64,000 bases of DNA from Eledone cirrhosa. Its lineage: Eukaryota. Numbering within the stretch: position 1 is the stretch's first letter; every line of letters starts with the position of its first letter. The DNA lies in the NCBI GenBank assembly GCA_964016885.1, contig OZ024740.1:216132001-216196000 (forward strand), written 5' to 3'. The notes below the pieces were generated by a model that did no database searches, was not told where the DNA came from, and saw nothing but the letters and a program-made list of their open reading frames with translations. Shown here piece by piece: positions 50,296 through 63,975 of this stretch. The position numbers and the translations under genes were made by a program.

Positions 50296-50324
50296 TTATG
50301 ATGATGATATATACATATATATAT

Positions 50325-50391
<67 letters not shown>

Positions 50392-50877
50392 CTGACAAAT
50401 ACATATGGACAAATGCAAACCTATGTATTAAAGAAATTTTAATAAGTTGTTCCAGACAGCACCTGTTCTCTGAAAATGTTTCAAGATTGCAAGAAGTCAG
50501 GTTTCTATTTTAACGGTCAGCTGAGACTCAAATATATATTTTCTAATATCAGTTAGAAGTGAACCAAACTAACAAATAATCTCTCTCTCCAGACAAAAAC
50601 CACCTTCGGTATCAGCAATCAATTTACCAACTTTGGAAATTTTATACATATGTGTCAAAAGATGGTGAGATTCTTTGTGTTTGACAATTCAACATTTGTA
50701 ATAATTACTTAAGAGACACTACCAGAGTTACATATGAGCTAAATAGGCTACAATCCAGCGCCACATAGTCCAGGGCCTCATAGTCCAGGAGGTTCAGTCC
50801 CTTTTTCAATATGTATAAAAACATAGTTATGAAACACAATATAGATGTCATGATTTAGGATATTTTAATTGTTTTTC

Positions 50878-52150
50878 TTCTTTGGTCACTTAATCCGGAA
50901 AGGCTCATGGGAACAGACTCCTCAAGAACTCCTTCCAGCAGGTCCTGCCAGAAGCAACAGTCGCCAACTAATCCGGTTGGATCCCCAAGCAAGACCAGCC
51001 AAGCTCATGGATGTTATCTTGCTTGGGGTTTACACTTGGGTCTCCTGCTGGCTGGTTTAACCTGTAAAATCTGTCCAGTGATTCTTTCCTGAGACATTCT
51101 AACCACATGCCCATAGTATCGGAGCGGTGATCTCTCAATTTGTAAAAGTGGTGGCTCTAACTGGAGTGACTATCTGATCTCTGAGCTACACGCTCTATCA
51201 AACAATGTTACTCCAGAGACTATTCATTGGAACCCCATTTCAGCCACTTGTATTCGCGATCGTATTCTTTCGGTCATTACCCAAGTTTCATGGACATAGG
51301 TAAGGGTTGGCACGGATACCAAACTGAAGATAGGGAGTTTGGTTTTTTCACCTACCTTCCTTAATTTGATTACTGAATGCTGAAGCTGGCGTATTACTGC
51401 ACCAGCTCTTGCAATTCTTGCACTTAATTCAGCCTCCTGCCTTCCATCACCCATGAACATGGCCCCAAGACACTTGAACTTCTCCACCTGCTTGCTTCAG
51501 TGGAACTCTATTCACATGTAGAGTGCACTGTGCAGGCTTCCTTGAGAGGACGAGTGTCTCAGTTTTCACATCACTGATTTTTATTCCAGACATGCAGCAT
51601 TTCTGAGCTGAACAATCTCCACCCTGTCTCAATGTCCTCAATTTGCTCAGGGAGTTCTCTGAATTTGGATGCAATAGTATCTGCATACCTGGTCCTGACT
51701 TCCTTATTCACCAACACTTTCCACTTTATCCTGTAGGTTGCCCTGGCCCTGTCAGTATTGTGTGCTTCTTTGACTTTAGTTAGTCTCAAGTTGCAGATAA
51801 CTAGATGGTGATCAGTTGACAGCTCAGCCCCTCTCTTAACATGAACATCCAGCACAGAATCAAAGAGATCAGAATCAATAACAGAATCAATTATTGATCC
51901 CTGTCCCTGATTCCCCTTATACCATGTATATTTATGGATGTCTCTGTGCTGGAAGAAGGTGTTCATAATAAAGAGTCCATTGCTAGAACAGAAATCTAAT
52001 AAGGCCTCACCATTTGTATTTAGATCGGGGTTGCCATTCCTTCCAATCACTCCTTCCCATGTCAGGTGGTCAGTGCCAACACGTGCATTGAAATTTCCCA
52101 TCAGGATATATGACTCAGTCTTAACTACATCTAACGCTGTAGCTATTAAA
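50878..52150 (-). mobile_element. RTE subfamily D, internally deleted (APE endonuclease + C-terminus)
   Basis: GNFNARVG, NGEALLDFC, NTFFQH..YTW, STDHHLV; EKFKCLG..PTLTY.HETW. Confidence 0.88.
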
Positions 52151-52272
52151 TAAACTAGCAGAAAAACCGCCCTTCGAGCAGTTTTCTACTAGCATATATA
52201 GTGTGCATATTGGTATTATACGCAAATATATATGCTTATATATATATGTAAATTGAAAAGTAAATTAACAAT

Positions 52273-52900
52273 ATCTTCTTCTTCACCCACTTATTTCTGA
52301 GAGGGGCGTGGGGGCAGAGTCCTTCTCAAACAGTCCTTCCAGCAAGTTTGTCAGTAGCAAACATCTCTAACTGATCCAGCTGGATCCCAAAGCGTGACCA
52401 GCCAAGCTCATGGATGTTATCCAACTATCCTTGTCAGGGTCTACCTCTGGGTCTCTTGCCGGTTGGTTTTGCCTGTAAAATGTGTCCAGTGATTCTTTAC
52501 TGAGACATTCTAGCCACATGCTCATAATATCGGAGTTCTGATCTCTCAATTCGGAGAAGTAGCGGCTCTACCAGGAGTGACTCTCTGGTCCATGAGCTAT
52601 GCACTTTATCGAGTAACGTTACTCCAAAGACCCTACGGAGGAATCCCATTTCTGCCACTTTTATTTGAAATTGTATTCTTTTGGTCATTACTCAAGGTTC
52701 ATAATCCTTGGTAAGAGTTAGCAGGAATACCAACACCTACCCCGCTTCATCTGATTGCTGAATTCTGAGGCTGGCGCATTACTGCATCAGCTTTTGCAAT
52801 TCTTGCACTAAATTCAGCCTCCAGCATTCCATCACTCATGAACACAGCTCCAAGATACTTGAACTTCTCTAACTGCTTCAGTAGAACTCCATTCACATGT
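52273..52900 (-). mobile_element. RTE subfamily D 3' end
   Basis: EKFKYLG, AEMGFLRRV, LRYYEHVARM; (GAA)n tail. Confidence 0.85.
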
Positions 52901-53099
52901 ATATAAATTTGAGGGACTTCTGTCCACCCGTCCATCACGCAATGTGTATGTGTGTTTGTGTGAATGTATGTGTGTAAAAGGAAGGAAAGGGATACACACA
53001 TATATATATGTCTAACTTAAAAACAGTGACACACACACACGTCTCCAATTTAAGAATGCCGACAAACTCGCGCGCACACATACACACACTGTCCTATTA

Positions 53100-53530
53100 C
53101 TACTTAAGAGCTTTGGCCATGGCAAACATCCCCTAAATTTTGGAACCATCTGGGTTGTCCTGAATTGATAGGAAAAGACTTGACGGTCTTACTCTGTGCT
53201 CGTGGTCAAGAGGCAGGTGCCTTACCTGGGACATCACAGTTAGTGACTCTTTTGCTTCTTCCCACATTCTGGATGCAGAGGTAAGGGCGAGAGCTACAGC
53301 ATCTGCAGCTGAACGGAACAAAATCCTAAAATACCGTGTTCTGTCAGCTAACTAAATTATCCAGCCTGTGGCGTTCAAACGTTTGGGGGAGTCGGGCTAC
53401 CGACAGCGAGATTCTTATCTTCACTAGTGGCTCGCCAAACAGAGGTAACTGGTGATGGTTGTGAGGGCACTTTGTTGTTCCAGCACCTCAGCGTTGGCAT
53501 CACCCAGGTAATGCTGCGAGCGTGCTGGCC
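53100..53530 (+). pseudogene. CRE-clade non-LTR retrotransposon restriction-like endonuclease remnant
   Basis: Translation EPSGLS*IDRKRLDGLTLCSWSRGRCLTWDITVSDS..AAERNKILKY..QPVAF and LFQHLSVGI, matching the CRE RLE signature (KRPDG..W..G..L.WD.T; AE..K..KY; QRLS..IQRGNA). Confidence 0.65.
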
Positions 53531-53686
53531 TGCCTCAAACATTATTAGAGAGGTTCCCCAGTGTTCCTCGTTTCCACTCTTTCGCCTGCATTTTGTTCTA
53601 TGTGGTCTAAGATGTGTGTATTACGTGCTTGTGTATTTTTTCTCTTTCATTTTTTCCTTTCCCTTTCCTTTGTATATATTATATTG

Positions 53687-54066
53687 AATTGGCAGTATCG
53701 GTAAAGGGTCGGACGCCATGCTTTCCAGCATAGTTACATCCCTTTATGGTCTGAGTTCAAATTTCGTTGATGTTAACTTTGCCTTTCATCCTTACGGGGT
53801 TGATAAAATAAAGTACCAGTAATGCACTGGGATAATTGCTGGCCTTGTGCCAAAAGTAGAAACAATTATTAAAAGGGTAGTGGGTTGGCAGTATCGGTAG
53901 AGGGTTGGATGCCATGCTTTGCAGCATAGAGTATGGACCTTTACGATCTTAGTTCAAATCCCACCGAGGTTAACTTTGCCTTTCATCCTTACGGGGTCGA
54001 TAAAATAAAGTACCAGTAATACACTGGATAATTGCTGGCCTTGTGCCAAAAGTAGAAACAATTATA
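53687..54066 (+). mobile_element. Tandem pair of SINE family 2 copies
   Basis: Two consecutive GGCAGTATCGGT...GTAGAAACAATTA units; 3' halves also at 55038-55140 (+) and 61905-61990 (-). Confidence 0.88.
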
Positions 54067-55647
54067 TTTGTTAGTGTTTTCGTTCTGCAACCATTAAATG
54101 AGATTTAAAAAAAAAGAGTTAATAAATAAATAAAGAGTTAATGAATAAATAAAACGTTATACTTGTTTTACCCTCCCATTTCCAATTCACTGAACACTGC
54201 TATCATGACTTTATGTGTGTGTTTGTGTAAATGTATATGTGTGAATGTATTACATTAAAATATATGATAAACACAAAACGTGTTTGCATTGTAACAGACA
54301 AAGTTAGCTATTAATGAAATAAACTAATTAAAGTGAATACAATTTGTCTGTCTCGATATAAGTCAATAAAGACAAGCTTATATTGGCAAAGGTCATGGTT
54401 CCTGGACAAATTTAAATTTCAAAATCCAAACCTGCTCCGTAGATGAATTTGAACCTCGAAACCTAAATCCGTTTCGCAACGGTGGTACATGAATTGAAAA
54501 ATAAAGAGAATCGAAATGAAATAAAAAGTGAAATATCCAAATCTTCTGTGCTTATCAACAGGAACCCAGTAAAATTAGTATATTTCACATCAAAAATCTA
54601 GCAGGTCTGACTACACGTGTGCAGCCAGGCCAAATTATGTGTGAATGTATGTATGTTTGGGTGAAAGTATGTGTGAATGTATGCGTGAATGTATGTGTAT
54701 TTATCTGAATGTATGTCCGTGAGTGTCTATTTTTATAAGTTTATGTTTGCACGATTATAGTTATATACTCATAATAGCCATATACTCATACACATAGATG
54801 TATGCATGTGGACACTCATACACGTCAGCGTGTAGAAAATCATAATCTCTCTATCTCTCTCATTACACACTCTCTCTTTCTATATATATGGTAGTTGAAG
54901 TGGTGGTGGTGGCGACGATATACCGGAAGTGCAGAAATGTGAATGAAACTTTGAAGAGAAGTCAATTTATTTCAAATTATTAATGTTTATGAAATTTAGT
55001 ACATAAATTATGTAATAGTCATTCATTATTTATTCAAAGGTTAACTTTGCCTTTCATCATTACCGGGTCGATAAAATAAAGTACCAGTAATACACTGGGA
55101 TAATTGCTGGCCTTGTGCCAAAAGTAGAAACAATTATTTATTCAAAGTAATCCAACTTATTTTACTAAAAGAAATAAACCATACGCAGTCTCACAGTCCT
55201 TACTTTATTATAGTTTAGATTTCTTTTTACTGGTGGATGTTGGAGTATCACTTCTGTTTTAGCAGCTGGCATGGATCAAGGTGAGACTCATGCCATCATT
55301 CTCTGTCTACAACTATATTCATGTACTTTAAATTTTCATTCTTGTGAGAAGGTCTTTAAGGCCTCAAATGTTTTTTAGCCCAGAGGGGCCCCTAGTTGCA
55401 TATATCTTGCTCTGAGTATGGGCATAAGCATGGCTGAGTGATTAAGAAGTCTGCTTCACAAAAGTGATACCCTAGTGTGGTATCTTGGAAAAGTTTTTGT
55501 ATTAAAACTTGTTCATTGTTAGTATTTACTTGGTTAACATCAAATATGCCTAATTAACAGGTGAGAGTAGTCAGCAGTAAAAATACTTCCTTCAATAACA
55601 TAAAGATCTAACAGGCACACTAAGCATATATATATATATCATCATCA

Positions 55648-55687
<40 letters not shown>

Positions 55688-55690
<3 letters not shown>

Positions 55691-55830
55691 CTGGTTACAC
55701 AACAGTTAGTTCACCATACCGAGAACAATTGATTCACCTTAGCGGATCCTTAGCTCGTAATGGACATGGTTATACGGAACAGGAAGGAAAACCGTACCAC
55801 TATGGATATTACCTTCCGGTGTTCTATCAC
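55688..55830 (-). mobile_element. Single-arm copy of the 30163 Penelope-like element
   Basis: GGTTACACAACAGTTAGTTCACCATACCGAGAACAATTG and ACCACTATGGATATTACCTTCC shared; hammerhead core mutated. Confidence 0.75.
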
Positions 55831-56794
55831 TATATATAAATTTATGCTTAGAGTGCCTAATAGAACATTTATAGAATATATATATCATTATCTGTAAAAG
55901 GCAGATTGTTGTTGTGTGTGTGCATGTTCCATGTTTATACATGTACACAATTTCAAACCGATTCGATTCAACGTCTGTAAGAATGTTGTAAATGGTCGAA
56001 CTTAGGTCAACGACTATTTATTTCATTCAAACTCACCCACAATTACGGAAAGAATCGATAAAACTAAATACATGACGCTTTACCCCTCTAATACAATCTG
56101 ATCTCCTCTCTCTACTCCCCTTAAAATTCGATAAAACTACATACATGCTGCAACTTTCTCTTATATACGCTTAAAGTTACAAACTTCCTTTAGGAACGCC
56201 GAAGAGAGTGAGAGGGAGAGAGAGAGAACGTTTTTTTTTGAGTTTGGAATGGTCAAACATTTATTTACTTCAATGACAAAGAGAACTTATTACATTTCAT
56301 ACGAAACAACAATTATTCAAAAGCAACAGATAAATTTTTTCAACAACAACAAAAATAGCGATAAATCTTTTTTAAAACATCTCTCAACGAACGTGGAAGA
56401 AAGAAGTAGCAGTTTATTTACTATACACACTAATATCCTCTATGAGGTCACTAAACCTGCTAGAAACAGCAGCTAACTCTCCCCCATATCACACCCCTCC
56501 CTACTGTCTTAAATTTAGAAAACACACATTAGACAACCATGCAGAACAACTCCATCGCAGCTCTGTTGTTCGGCTGGCATCGTCTACGTGCGTGTTGCGC
56601 AAGTACTGTGAAACAATAAATTTCAACACTTCTTTGCACAGAGATAATATCCATAGGTGAAATTACAATTGTCACTACTGACGCAGCTCCTGCTTCGGCA
56701 GTCCAGGTCTGCAATTCATTCACCCAGTGCCTGGCAGACAAAAAAGTGCTGCCATAAAATGGGTGGTGCAACCTAACTTTGGTAACTTACTGAC

Positions 56795-56821
56795 CCCGAG
56801 CAACGCCGGGCTTTAATGCTA

Positions 56822-56823
<2 letters not shown>
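56795..56823 (+). mobile_element. Possible Helitron 3' terminus
   Basis: Hairpin CCCG-AGCAACGC-CGGG followed 8 nt later by CTAG|T; 5' end not identified. Confidence 0.4.
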
Positions 56824-56869
<46 letters not shown>

Positions 56870-57159
56870 TTAGATTTGTTGGGTGGCCGACCGAAGTAGA
56901 AGCTGCTAAATAGTCGGTCGTCCTCTTGTATCTGATTTTCAGCCCCATGGATTTTATCTGCTATATTCCTTTGTTATATTTTGAAAACCTGATTTTGTCA
57001 CCGGATTCATACTGAACCCGGTCATTGAAATGATCATGGTATAATAAACCTTTCAAGGATTTACACCAGCCCAGCCTCCTCTTATTTTATAATATATATC
57101 ATCATCATCATTTTACATCTGCTTTTCCCTGCTTGCAGGAGTGGGACATATATATATAT

Positions 57160-57174
57160 AGATATAAATGTGCG

Positions 57175-57260
<86 letters not shown>

Positions 57261-57275
57261 CGCACATTTATATCT
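57160..57275. repeat. Palindrome built around (CT)n/(GA)n
   Basis: AGATATAAATGTGCGTAT(CT)n..(GA)nTACGCACATTTATATCT. Confidence 0.9.
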
Positions 57276-57559
57276 TTGTGTTAAGATGTTTATATTTGTT
57301 TTGTCTTTGTGCACGCTTGAATATCAATACACACATATTATCACATATATTCAACAATATCAACACACACAAAAACATATGCAACAATATAAACACACAC
57401 ACAACACTATCACATATACACAACAATATCAGTATCAAAATGTTTGAAACAAGTGTTAAAGCTTTGATATTTTCTCAGTTATATTGTTATAAAAATTTAT
57501 ATTAAAAACAAACAATAAAAAAACAGAATATATTGTCCAAAAGATATGTATTGTATTGT

Positions 57560-57593
<34 letters not shown>

Positions 57594-57597
57594 TGTT

Positions 57598-57719
<122 letters not shown>

Positions 57720-57969
57720 AACAAATGTGAAATTTATATAGTAGAATATTGAATAACTTGTTCATATATTGGTTGTAGTAGAAAATAATTTTATTTTTAT
57801 TTGCTAGTGCTATTAAAACTATTGTTTTAGATAAAATATAACTGAAGCCATACCCTCTCCTTGTCATCTCTCACCTTCAACTAACTCTCTCAGTTACCTT
57901 GAAAGAATGGACAGCTCTGTTTAGTGTTGCAATAGACAAGACAATCTCTTCAGTGCTGGTGCCCAGGGC

Positions 57970-58348
57970 CAGATTTAATGGCAACAACAACCCTGAGTAC
58001 CTTTTTGATTTCCATGTGTCTAACACACGTGGGGCATGCCCACAAAGTCAGAAAACAGCACAGTTCCCATGACTTTTGGAAACATTTTTTCACGCTCAGA
58101 GTTGCTGAAGCATGGAACAAACTACCTGCATCAGTTGTTAGCTGTCGAGACACTGCATCCTTTAAAACCTCCATGCTTCCCGAGATTCGCCAACACTACA
58201 CCTAATGTTCCCCCTCCATACACATACACACATGTATATCATGACTCATACACTATTCACTTCCCTGACATTTGTATATTATTCTATGCACCTTTGATGA
58301 GTTGTAGTGCACCTGAGCACTTTACACAATAATTTCATTGTTATTATA
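57970..58348 (+). mobile_element. CR1-type LINE 3' end
   Basis: GHAHKV..FFTLRVAEAWNKLPASVV..SFK; homologous to 14960-15295. Confidence 0.82.
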
Positions 58349-59750
58349 GATAGATAGATAGATAAATAGACAGATAGATGGAATGAGAGAGTGTTGTAGT
58401 TGTAAGGTAAAATACACTAATTTTGAAATCCTTACAAATTATTTTGATAAACTGAATCCCTAATTAAGATTTAGGAGTGAAGTAAATATGGAAAAAAAAA
58501 AGATATCAAACAATAACAAAATAAACATATAAAAGCCTTGCTGTATCAGCACTGCACCCTCCCTCTCTTCGCCCCAGTTCATTGCTCACTCCCCACCCCA
58601 GAACCTTTTTTAAAAACCACAGTACAATGTAAGCAAAACTTTAATAACTTTTACTTCAGTTGGAAACTCATATGTAAACTTACAATAGTAACATTACTAT
58701 CTCTCTCTCCCACTCTTTCTCTCTCTTTACCCTCTCTCTGTCTCTGACATTTTTTTTCACCATTCTGCAATCATTTTTTTTCATTTATAAATCCATGCTG
58801 CCATTTTATCATATCTTGTTTTTGTTTTGTTTGTTTCTTGAATATTTATACAATCATCAACAATACGTTTTATAATAAAAAAAAAACATTTTACGAAATA
58901 AAATTAAGATAAAAAATTCTTTTATTTTGTTTTTTTCTTTTTACAAATAATTTGTAACCTTTCAGAATTATCAAATTGATTACTAAAGTAAAATGAAAAA
59001 AATAAAATAACAAAATAAAAGAATTTAAAAAAAAAACTAAATTTCAGCAGAATATCATCATCATCATCATCATCATCATATTATTATTATTATTATTATT
59101 TAGAAAAAGAAAATCACAGTAGATATTGCTGGCAGTAATGAAAATTGTCATTTTTTTCTCTGCTGCTATAAAGAATTTTTCTTAGAAAGTTTGTCGTGGA
59201 ATGAGGAAAGAAATTTGTCCTCAACCAAAAGGAAAAAAAAAGATTTGAAAATATTTGGGAAGTTAAAGAATATGAAAGTAAAAATACAAAATTACTCACT
59301 ATAGCTTTAATTAATATCTATTAGTAAGTTAATAAGAAATCTAATTATAAAAGAAAATTAATTCAAATTAATTAAAGACAGAATATATTTTTTCATGTGA
59401 GAAAGAAAAAATAACTAAAGGATAAAATAAAAAGTTGACTATAAGTAGAAATTTATAAATTAACGGATTTAATTTCAATTATTTTTAATTTCACTGAAAG
59501 AAGGGAGAGGGTAAAAAGTTATAATTTGAGATATATATATTTTTCAAGATTTAAAAAAAAAACTATACAAAACTTATTAGATTTAAAAAAATAAGATGTA
59601 ATGAGCTTTGTATAGTTTTGTTTTTCTATTTTTTTCTGAGAAATATGAAGTCTTTTATATCATACTATTTTTTATTCACTGTTTGTTGAGATTTGCAGAG
59701 ACGGCAATGTCAGTTCAAATCCATAGTGAGATTGAATAATAGTTTACACA

Positions 59751-60006
59751 TACGAGGGTCAGCTGAAAAGTTCATAGGCTGACCAAGATACTCTCATGGA
59801 ATGACCAAATGAGGTTTTTTTTTCCACATAGTCCCTAGAAAGAAACAATGCAGTTATTAATAAGACAAGTTGAAATTAATGCATGTAAGATTTCACAGCT
59901 GTAGCATCAATCCTTCATAGTCAGTCGGAAGAGTTGAAATTAATGCATGCAAGATTGCACAGCTCTAGCATCACCCCTTCATACAAACTTTTCAGCGACC
60001 GTCGTA
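59751..60006 (+). mobile_element. Mariner-derived MITE
   Basis: TA-CGAGGGTCAGCTGAAAAGTT ... AACTTTTCAGCGACCGTCG-TA; internal ~45-bp duplication. Confidence 0.8.
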
Positions 60007-60564
60007 GATATTTTACCAGATTTTTATCTCAAATTTATTACACTTTTCAAACATATACTAAAAAAAGAATAAGGCATACAAGAAAAAAAGCAAACCCCAC
60101 ATTGTTGGTTGAAAAGCATGTTTCAGCTGCACCCCAAACAGATGAAGGGAAAAGCCCTGCAATGAAGACCAGCCAATGATAACCACTACATCAGCCATTT
60201 CCCTTCACAGGCCACCTTCCACAAACGCGATAACCTTATTCTAATTTGACAAAGGAAAGTGGCAATACCAATTGTATTTTCTTATTCAGATCAACAGAAT
60301 TATAACTATCAAAAGCTGGATAAATATAGAGTTTTTGGATAGTAGGGAAAGGGTTAATTTCTATAATTTCTTATACAAAAATATCAGCCCTGCTAATTTT
60401 TAGGAGATGAGTTTCATAAGCTAATGGCCCGTTGAAATCAGGAAATCTCTGACATGTCAACCAAGCACACCACATCAATGGATTGCTATGAATCAGACAA
60501 CACTCCTGTTGGTTACTTTATCTATCTTACAAATATTTATAACTTTGTTTATTATGAGTGGTCT

Positions 60565-60852
60565 AAGTCTAAAGTCTGTCTCAAGCTAGGAGGCTCGTCA
60601 GCCCGGTGCTTATCCCAGTTTCATGGCATGAAGCGACTGAGAGTACAAGACTTCCCCCTGGACAAGATGTCAGTCCATCACAGAGTTAAACTCCCAGCTA
60701 TTGCTGGTACTCATTTTCAGTTGAGTATACTGAAGCAACATGAAATGAAGTGTTTTGATCTAGAACACAACACACAACCCAGCCCATGAATCAAACCAAT
60801 GACATTATGATCGTAAGTCCAACACCCTTACCACTAAGCCATGCACCTCCAC
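60565..60852 (-). mobile_element. tRNA-derived SINE (third tail type)
   Basis: Minus strand GGAGGTGCATGGCTTAGTGGTAAGG..GGTTTGATTC head and related core. Confidence 0.7.
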
Positions 60853-61276
60853 ACATTATGAGTGGTACATTTTGATATTCAGCCAACACTTGGATTATGT
60901 GTTTCTTTGGAAATATGGTAACAAAAGGGTTAAACATGTAATTGAACAGACTATTATGGTACCAGTTCCATGTCACAGTGTTTAATTCTCACCACTGTAT
61001 ACAGGTCTTGCCAAAACATTATGTTGTCTCCCCCTCCCTCCCATGATGCTTTGATTCCCTTCTATATATTGAGTTTCACTTTACAGAATTTCCTGTCATT
61101 TAAAGATGGATTTTTAAATTGTTCTTAAACAGCCAGAAATTAAAAACTGTTTCTGATACTTTACCTATCAGGTGGAATAGTTTTACCTGGCAAACAGCTA
61201 ATAATTCAGTGACTGATACAATATAAGAAACACAACTGTGAGGGTTAGGCTATACAAGTTAAGATATATAATATAT

Positions 61277-61611
61277 GGAGGCACATGGCTTACTGGTTAG
61301 GGCATTGGCTTTGCAATCGAAAGGTTGTGAGTTCAATTCTCATACCGGGTGATGTGTTGTTTCCTTGAGCAAGACACTTTATTTCACATTGCTCCAGTTT
61401 ACTCAGCTGTAGAAATGAGATGATAGGGACTGGGGTCCCTATCATTCCACTGCAAAGTGGTCGTGGAGGTGCCACGGCAAAAAAGCACCCAGCACTCACT
61501 GTAAATGAGGTTGGTGTTAGGAAGGGCATCCAGCTGTAGAAATCAAGCCAGAATCAGTTCCCGTCCCACCCTTGCAAGCAGGGAAAAGCGGACATAAAAT
61601 GATGATGATGA
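61277..61611 (+). mobile_element. SINE family 1 copy
   Basis: Near-identical to 16500-16840. Confidence 0.92.
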
Positions 61612-61620
61612 GTCTTAATC

Positions 61621-61822
61621 TGCAAGGGTAGGCTGAAAAGTTCATAGGCTGACTATGAATGAATTATGCTAGAGCTGTGAAATCTTGCATGCATTAATTT
61701 CAACTCTTCTTATTAATAACTGCATTGTTTCTTTCCAGGGACTATGTTGTAACATAAACCTCATTTGGTCATTCCATGAAAGTATCTTGGTCAGCCTATG
61801 AACCTTTTATCTGACCCTTGAA
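61621..61822 (-). mobile_element. Mariner-derived MITE copy
   Basis: GGCTGAAAAGTTCATAGGCTGAC / GTCAGCCTATGAACCTTTT TIRs. Confidence 0.8.
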
Positions 61823-63083
61823 TGAAGTTAGGATATGTCTTATATGGATCCTATTGTATACATTTAGGCTATATAATATAACTTTACTGTATAAATTAAA
61901 ATATATAATTGTTTCTACTTTTGCAACAAGGCGAGCAATTACCCAGTGCCTTACTGGTACTTTATTTTATCGACCCCATAAGAATGAAATGCTATATGAG
62001 TGTTACTGTATAAATTTAGGCTATATAATATAGATGTTGCTACATAAGGTGAGGATATATAAGAAAGGTTTTGCTATAAGAAGTCAATAATTCGTTAGAT
62101 ATGAAACAGGAATTTAATTGACACCATAATTTTAACTATAATTAGATTTTAACATCTAGACTAGTGGGGTGATAGAAGCATCTCCCAAAGCAAAGACCTC
62201 GTCTGAAGACTTGCAACAGAGTGGACACTGTTAAAGTCGTCCATGGGTTGGGTAGTCGTATTAAACTGGATGATTCTATAATTGAAGTAGGCCATTTTGT
62301 CCTATCTTCTAACAATTTTGCCACTGACTAAATACTGTATATACTCAAATATAAGCAGACCTGCCCACTACTATATGTCTGAGACATAGGCAAAAATCCA
62401 AACCCCAGTTAATCAACACATTGTTTAGATGGCATATATAAGCTGACCCCTTTCCCCTAATATACCATCAATATTTTGGTCACATATTCCTTGGATTATA
62501 TTCAAGTATTTATGGTAATTACCAAACTAAAATATTTGATTTAAACTACTACCATTGGATTGGAATTTTTTTTAGTAAGTCCCTAATTTTTCTTCTCTTA
62601 TCACCCAGAAAAGATTCCATACATGACCATCAGGGCTAAGACAATGAGTAATGTAACATTCACATCGAAAACTGAATATTATACCCAGTACTCTGTGTAA
62701 AGGGGTTGGTAATAAGAAGGACAATCAGTCCAGCCATAGAAACCATGACCCCCAAAAATGTGTAGAGAGGACTCAGTCATGTCAAGGAGATGACAACTTC
62801 CTGAGTGTTGGTTCTACAATAAAATGCAGCAAGGACACTCACTAAAGAGGTTGGCAATGAGACGACCATTCAATTGTAGAAACCATACAAAAAAATCAAC
62901 GAAAATGGGGGAAAAGAGAGGACTCTCTTCAGCCATGTCAGAGACAAGAACAGGGGTAGAAAGAGGACCCTCTTCAGCCATGTCAACTGTTAAGAAAGAT
63001 ATCCAGTCATAGAAACCATGTCAAAAAGAACATATTGAATGAAATGTCATTCCATAACCCATCTAAGAGCAAAGTAGCTCTGA

Positions 63084-63310
63084 TTAACCCTTTAATATTT
63101 ACATTACTCTCTATATACTATTATATTTTCATAGTAAAGGCTTTACCTCATAATTATCTCACATAATATCGAATCTATAAGATTTTGATATTATTTATTT
63201 TGAGAACAATACCTTAACATTAGTATAAGCAGCCAGTTACAGCCAGTTTGAACAGAAAGAGGTGAGAAAATTCTGGTCGGATACGACCAGTTTAAATGCT
63301 AATGGGTTAA
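63084..63310 (-). mobile_element. TTAA MITE copy
   Basis: TTAACCCTTTAATATTTA...TAAATGCTAATGGGTTAA. Confidence 0.8.
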
Positions 63311-63779
63311 GTATGACTTGGAAAGTAATGACCCATCCAACTTATGCCAGCATGAAATAACAGACGTAAAATGGTGATGAAGACTTTTTATAGACAAAAA
63401 TGAAAAATAATAAACAAAACTAAAACAAAAGTAATCAATAATAAACAAAAAAAAAAGACAATAACTAAATACAGAGTAATTAGATTATGATGAAGTGAAT
63501 GTAGAAAATTGTAATGACATATTATATAAGATGTTCTCACAATAGCATCACAACACATGTTAAATTGAGTTAGATTAGGGAGGAGGAGAAATTGATGGAT
63601 GTTAACATCACTTTAGATACATTTTTATGCAGATGATGATGATGATGATTTCAACATTGTTTTATAGGTTTTCTTGTTTGACTCGTTTATTTATTGATAT
63701 GGAGATGAAATAAAATACAAAAATGAAAATAATTAAAAACAAAAACATGAAAAACTAAGATAATGACTAGTATTTAAAA

Positions 63780-63975
63780 TACAAAGGTTGGTTGAAAAAT
63801 TCATAGGCTGACTATGAAGGAGGGATGCTAGAGCTGTGAAATCTTGCATGCATTAATTTCAACTCTTCTTCTTAATAACTGCATTGTTTTGTTCCAAGGA
63901 CTATATTGAAAAAAATAAACCTCATTTGGTCTTTTCATGAGAGTATCTTGGTCAGTAGATGAACTTTTAATCTGG
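63780..63975 (-). mobile_element. Mariner-derived MITE copy
   Basis: Homologous to 61621-61822. Confidence 0.75.

Noticed and set aside
51571-52101. Host 'craniofacial development protein 2-like' gene
   Set aside because: It is the APE endonuclease of a deleted RTE element.
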